A program made the translations under genes and the position numbers. 64,000 bases of DNA from an uncultured delta proteobacterium (lineage in GTDB: Bacteria > Myxococcota_A > Polyangia > Polyangiales > Polyangiaceae), in contig CAWKKR010000008.1 in NCBI GenBank assembly GCA_963850305.1, positions 1,923,960-1,987,959 on the forward strand, in the 5' to 3' direction. Each line of letters opens with the position of its first letter. Positions within the stretch are counted from its first letter, which is position 1. Positions 59,814 through 64,000 of the stretch are shown one piece after another. The notes beneath the pieces are model-generated. The model saw only the letters and a program-made list of their open reading frames with translations, made no database searches and had not been told where the DNA came from.

Positions 59814-61007
59814 TTACGCGGATGATTTTTTTTTGCGCGAGGTGCTCTTGCCCCCCTCGAGCACGCGGAGCTGCGCCCTTTGCCGCGCCTGCTCGGCGGC
59901 CCGCCTCTGGAGGCTTGCGCCGTCGCGACTATCGTAGGCGAGCGTCACCATGCTCGTGTCACGGTGCCCGAGCGCCATGGCGAGCGAGTGCAGGTCGATA
60001 CCGTCGTCCAGAGCCCACGCGCCGAACACGTGCCGTAGGCTATGGAGCGACAAGCGCGGAACCTTTAGCGCCGTGCAAGCGTTCGCGAGGTCGCGCGTCG
60101 AATTGCACCAAGGTTTGAAAGCGAGGCCGTCTTTGCCATCGAAGCCAGCTTTCGCGACCTTGAGGTAGCGCTCCTGCCAAGCGAAGACCCGGAAGCACGA
60201 GCGCTCGCGGTCTTCCGTCTTCGTCCCGTGCAGCGGGATCGGGGTCGAATCGAGGTCGGTGCGGTGGGCGCGCCAGATCGCTTGCCGCTCCGCTCCCGAC
60301 CCGAGCGCGAAGGCGACTTGCGCGCGGTGGTGTGGTTGGTCGTCGAAATGCGCGAGCAGTCGAGTTGCGTCCTCGTGCGTGATTCGTACCCGGCGCGGCT
60401 TGTAGCCGGTCTCAAACCCGCGCGGGAACATGGCATCGAGGTCGCCCGACCAAAGACCAGCACGCTTCGCGAGCTCGAAGGCCGACCGCATCGTTCCACG
60501 ATTCTTCGCGATCGTGTTTTCGCTGATCCCATGGGCTCGCCGATAGGCAATGAAGCCGTCGACGAACCTTACGCCAGCATCGCCGCACATAGAGGCAAGC
60601 GAGGCGCGCTCGCCAATCTTCCAGAGCGCTTCGAGGCGATCGGCGTCGAGGTCGTCGTCCGAGCACTTTACCGCCTCGATGAGGCGGCCGGCATAGCGAC
60701 ACCACACATGCCGATGCATCTTGTACATCTGCGTCGAGTCTTCGGCGCGCTTACCTTGAGCGATGAGCGCCTTGCGGTCCGCGTCGAGCAGATCCCAAGC
60801 GTCCTTCAGCTTCGCGGCTCGTCGGGTAGCGGCATAGGGATCGGCGGCGTCTCGTTCCCATTCAGCGAGCTTGGCGGCAGCGGCAGCGGGATCGGTGCAT
60901 CCGGTAGAGCGCTTGATTTTCGTTTTGCCGTCGGGCCCGTAGTACCAACCGTAGAGCGCCCCGCCGCGCCAGTAGATGTGCCGCGGGAGCTTCGCTTTCC
61001 TCCCCAT
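59814..61007 (-). CDS. phage-type tyrosine recombinase/integrase
   Basis: Arm-binding-like N-terminus (IYWRGG..YGWYY...KRSTG), GTKT..RER, HSLRH, LGH.DTSM...Y; ends about 80 bp from the tRNA fragment. Confidence 0.88.
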   Translation of the reverse strand: MGRKAKLPRHIYWRGGALYGWYYGPDGKTKIKRSTGCTDPAAAAAKLAEWERDAADPYAATRRAAKLKDAWDLLDADRKALIAQGKRAEDSTQMYKMHRHVWCRYAGRLIEAVKCSDDDLDADRLEALWKIGERASLASMCGDAGVRFVDGFIAYRRAHGISENTIAKNRGTMRSAFELAKRAGLWSGDLDAMFPRGFETGYKPRRVRITHEDATRLLAHFDDQPHHRAQVAFALGSGAERQAIWRAHRTDLDSTPIPLHGTKTEDRERSCFRVFAWQERYLKVAKAGFDGKDGLAFKPWCNSTRDLANACTALKVPRLSLHSLRHVFGAWALDDGIDLHSLAMALGHRDTSMVTLAYDSRDGASLQRRAAEQARQRAQLRVLEGGKSTSRKKKSSA

Positions 61008-61516
61008 GTTGTCCGTCCTCGTTTCTTGTTCTCTTGCTCTTGAAGGAGCTCAGCGCGTGTCGCGCGCAGAAGTTGGCCTTTGGTTTCCGGTCCACGGCCA
61101 CGGATTGCGCGCATCCGCCGCCGCATTGTTGACTCGCTACAGTCGAATTCGAGTGCGCCTGACTCGGGTGTGAACACGTCGTTCGGGTCCTTCGGGCTCT
61201 TCACGCCTTCGAGCTTCGCCGCGAGCGCCGTGGCTAGGTCATCACGACCAGTCAATATCGCCGCGTGAACTCTCGCCTCCTCCTCGTGCTCGAGTTCGCG
61301 AATATGCTGGTCGACGAATTCCCCCACGAAATCGATCGCGTCGAAGACAGCGATGACCGTGTCTGCTCCCGCAGCTAGGAACATGCCGCCGTCGCCCTCG
61401 TCGGCGATCGCGGCGCGCGCCGGAAGGGGCGCGAGATCGATCCCCGCCCAATCGATCGCAGCGGCGGGGTTCTCTGCTAAGTTGTGATCCATCGGCGAGG
61501 TCCTTTCGTCGGTCAT
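60806..61516 (-). CDS. putative excisionase-like HTH protein overlapping the integrase start
   Basis: VFTPESGALEFDCSESTMRRRMR HTH-like segment; the ORF runs about 200 nt into int in another frame. Confidence 0.45.
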   Translation of the reverse strand: MTDERTSPMDHNLAENPAAAIDWAGIDLAPLPARAAIADEGDGGMFLAAGADTVIAVFDAIDFVGEFVDQHIRELEHEEEARVHAAILTGRDDLATALAAKLEGVKSPKDPNDVFTPESGALEFDCSESTMRRRMRAIRGRGPETKGQLLRATRAELLQEQENKKRGRTTWGGKRSSRGTSTGAAGRSTVGTTGPTAKRKSSALPDAPIPLPLPPSSLNGNETPPIPMPLPDEPRS

Positions 61517-61559
61517 GCCCCCGGCGTTTCGAGCGCGCGGGGGCTTTTCTTTACCATGG

Positions 61560-62153
61560 CTAGGCGGCAGCGGCCCGTGACGCTCCGCTGCGCAAATCGC
61601 CGCCGCGCAGCCGCGCCAGCACGACAACGAGCGCGCCCGCGGCGAACCCTCCGATGTGATCCCCGAACGAAACGCCCTCAGCACCCGAGACCCCGAAGGC
61701 GTGCAGGATGTTGCTCGCGACGAGCACCGCGACGAACGCGAGCATCGCCGGCCCGTAGAGCGTCGCGGCGACCGCGAGGACCGCGAATAGAGCGCCACTG
61801 CACCCGACCAGAGGCACCGTCGAACTCGGGTCGACGACCACATGCAGCGCCGCCCCGGCGAGCCCCCCGGCAAGGAAGAGCATCGCGAACCGCGTCGAGC
61901 CGATCGCCCGCTCGACAAGCGAGCCGACGAAGAGCAGGACGGCGACGTTGCCGCCGACGTGGAGAACGCCGCTCGGGTCGTGAACGAACAAGCTCGAAAG
62001 CGCCGTGCCGAGGCTCGGGTGCTCCGGCACGAAGCCGAAACGCTCGCAGACCCCCATGCCGTCGCCCACGAGCTCGAGGCCGTAGACCCCGAGGATCGCG
62101 GCCGTGAGCGCGAGGGTCACAGCCGGGAGCGGGACTCGGGCGTGGCGGTTCAT
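61560..62153 (-). CDS. rhomboid family intramembrane serine protease
   Basis: LFVH...HVGGN...FVG..VE..IG..RF, LVGCSGA (catalytic Ser), DHIGG (catalytic His). Confidence 0.85.
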   Translation of the reverse strand: MNRHARVPLPAVTLALTAAILGVYGLELVGDGMGVCERFGFVPEHPSLGTALSSLFVHDPSGVLHVGGNVAVLLFVGSLVERAIGSTRFAMLFLAGGLAGAALHVVVDPSSTVPLVGCSGALFAVLAVAATLYGPAMLAFVAVLVASNILHAFGVSGAEGVSFGDHIGGFAAGALVVVLARLRGGDLRSGASRAAAA

Positions 62154-62503
62154 GGGCCTTTCGATTCCTACGATCGCCCTGCGGTTTCCTTCCTTTCGGC
62201 GTAACGGGACGTCGAAAGCGATTGCACTATTTGCGCGGGCAAGACAGGACGGACCTTCGCGTAACGTGCGGCTCCACCTGTGCAGCCTCGACGACCCGCA
62301 CTCTACGTGAAGAGCCAACGGACCCGAGGATGGAAATCCATTGGATCTTCACATTCTTGGAGAAAGTCGGGTCGGGAAGTTCCCCCCGGCGCGGTCGAAA
62401 GCAATCGGTGTTGGGTCAAATCGGTTGCGGCCGACGTGTGGCCTCGGGCATCCTCGCCCACTCTCGGCGGTGCGCGTCCGTCGAGCGAAGAGAGGGTCGC
62501 GCA

Positions 62504-63091
62504 ATGCACATCAATCGAAAGCGCTTCTTGAGCCTGACGTTCTCGCTCGCTTCTGTAGGGGGGCTTGGAGTCGGGCTCTCGGCTTCCGACGCGAGCGCCG
62601 TGATGGCGATGCCGGGGGGCCCCAACGACGCCGAGCAACTCGTCACTCCAAGCACGGAAGGCGGACGGTGCATGAAGGATGAGCAGGTGCCTCGCCTTGA
62701 ATGTCGCGCTCTCACGTCGAGTACCTGCGAGGGGAGCCGTACCTTTGCAGCCCACTGCGCCGAGTACGAAGCGAACCTGAAGCCTCGCGAAGCGAATCGC
62801 GCAGCGCAGTGCCTCGCGCACGCGCCGAGCTGTGAGGGAACAACGCTCCTGCACTGCGCGGCGGAGGCAATCGGCGCCGCGTGCCCAGACCCGACCGCCG
62901 AGGGATTCTGCAAGCCGCTCGTCGCCACTTGCACGAAGGAGTCCGGTGCGCGCCTGCCGCTTGGGGAGTGCGTCAATTTCGTCTCGGGACTCTCTGAGAG
63001 AGGCCGGGCTGCGCTCGCGACATGCGTGACGGAGGGCCACACCGTCGCATGCACTCTGAACCCGGAGTTCTGTCTGGACGTCTATCCATAG
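62504..63091 (+). CDS. secreted Cys-rich helical protein
   Basis: Signal-like MHINRKRFLSLTFSLA; more than ten Cys; GLSERGRAAL..C motif. Confidence 0.65.
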   Translation: MHINRKRFLSLTFSLASVGGLGVGLSASDASAVMAMPGGPNDAEQLVTPSTEGGRCMKDEQVPRLECRALTSSTCEGSRTFAAHCAEYEANLKPREANRAAQCLAHAPSCEGTTLLHCAAEAIGAACPDPTAEGFCKPLVATCTKESGARLPLGECVNFVSGLSERGRAALATCVTEGHTVACTLNPEFCLDVYP

Positions 63092-63094
63092 CTC

Positions 63095-64000
63095 GTGTCG
63101 TCTTTCCGGCCGCGAAGCGTGGGGGTCACCGGCACGAACGGGAAGACCACTACGACGACCTGGATCGCAAGGGCGCTCGCGGCGTTAGCAACACCGGTCG
63201 CGTGCGCGACGACGGTTGGGCACTTTCTAGGCGACGATTTTGTGGAGGAGCCGACGGACTACGCGAGCTTCCTCCGCCTGATGCAGAAATGTGTTGACCG
63301 CGGCGGGGCCTTCGCTGCGTTAGAGATGACGAGCGAAGCCCTCGCGGCGGGGTTTGCCAGGGCATGGCCGTGCGAGGTTGGAGTCTTCACCAACCTGACG
63401 CATGACCATCTCGACGCGCACGGGAGCCCGGAGCACTACCTCGCTAGCAAGGCGCAACTCTTTCGCGCGCTGCCACGGCACGGCGCGGCGGTCCTAAACG
63501 GATGCGACGACTCCTTTGACCTGCTTCGCGAGATCCTCCCAGAAGGCGTCCGCGCCCTCTCCTATGGCGTTCCGAGCCGCGGGGCGGCGCGCGGTTCGTT
63601 GGACGTGCGCGCACGGGAAGTCCGAGTCGGGTGGGATGGGACGCGCGTGGTATGCGACGGCGCCGCGATTGGCGCTGCGCGAGAAGTTCATGTCGGAGCA
63701 ATCGGGGACGTCTTTGCCGAGAACGCGATGGCCGCTCTACTCGGGTCGCTCGCGATGGGCGTGCCAATCGATGATGCGCTTCGCGCGTTAGCGGGGGCGC
63801 CTCCTCCCCCCGGGCGGTTCGAGGTTGTAGCCACCGCGCCACACGTCGTCGTGGACTACGCGCACAGCCCCGATGCCCTGGCGCGCACCTGCGCAACCGC
63901 GCGAGCGCTCACCCCCAAGGGTGCGGCCCTGCGAGTCGTCTTTGGTGCGGGAGGAAACCGCGATTGTGCGAAGCGGGAGCCGATGGGCGAGGCGGCGCGG
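63095..64000 (+). CDS. MurE-like Mur ligase lacking the N-terminal domain (3' truncated by window edge; absent from the ORF track)
   Basis: GTG at 63095: MSSFRPRSVGVTGTNGKTTTT, LEMTSE, FTNLTHDHLDAHG..EHY..SK..LF, PGRFE, VVDYAHSPDAL, VFGAGGNRD..KR..MG. Confidence 0.85.
   Translation, partial: MSSFRPRSVGVTGTNGKTTTTTWIARALAALATPVACATTVGHFLGDDFVEEPTDYASFLRLMQKCVDRGGAFAALEMTSEALAAGFARAWPCEVGVFTNLTHDHLDAHGSPEHYLASKAQLFRALPRHGAAVLNGCDDSFDLLREILPEGVRALSYGVPSRGAARGSLDVRAREVRVGWDGTRVVCDGAAIGAAREVHVGAIGDVFAENAMAALLGSLAMGVPIDDALRALAGAPPPPGRFEVVATAPHVVVDYAHSPDALARTCATARALTPKGAALRVVFGAGGNRDCAKREPMGEAAR

Larger units (their letters stand above)
59689..62200. mobile_element. integrative element end at tRNA-Arg att (integrase, Xis-like gene, cargo); far boundary not visible
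   Basis: tRNA 3' fragment adjacent to an integrase; codon usage looks less GC3-biased by eye from about 59.8 kb. Confidence 0.55.

Noticed and set aside
63089..63094. Programmed TAG read-through fusing the Cys-rich protein to the Mur ligase
   Set aside because: A shared frame occurs by chance one time in three, a secreted domain fused to a cytoplasmic ATP-dependent ligase is implausible, and a GTG start is available.

Overview
GC-rich chromosomal window, very likely from a myxobacterium (Polyangiaceae-like). This is inferred from DUF4215-type Cys-rich repeats, a MYXO-CTERM tail, a Ser/Thr kinase-TPR/PEGA pair and many Gly-rich lipoproteins. Housekeeping blocks: urease ureA(partial)BCEFG, lolA, ruvC, yhbY-orn, zwf-pgl-gnd, ppnP-ilvH-ilvC-ilvE. 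Accessory blocks: a glycosylation cluster (22-27 kb), secreted Cys/Gly-rich proteins and gene fragments (28-39 kb), a DNA methyltransferase/PD-(D/E)XK nuclease pair, and a mobile-element junction at a tRNA-Arg(UCU) 3' fragment (MqsRA, integrase remnant, full-length integrase, Xis-like gene, rhomboid). The best candidate for an undescribed system is 40.3-43.0 kb. There a PlpX-like radical SAM/SPASM 'splicease' precedes two paralogous zinc-ribbon/lipoprotein-type substrates, each carrying three X-Y-G-x-P motifs. Next to it is an AT-rich region with four helically phased GCTAA-N3-TTAGC palindromes upstream of an XRE regulator. At least four genes carry single-base (+1) frameshifts, which suggests assembly indels. 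All family calls come from motif recognition; no database searches were run.
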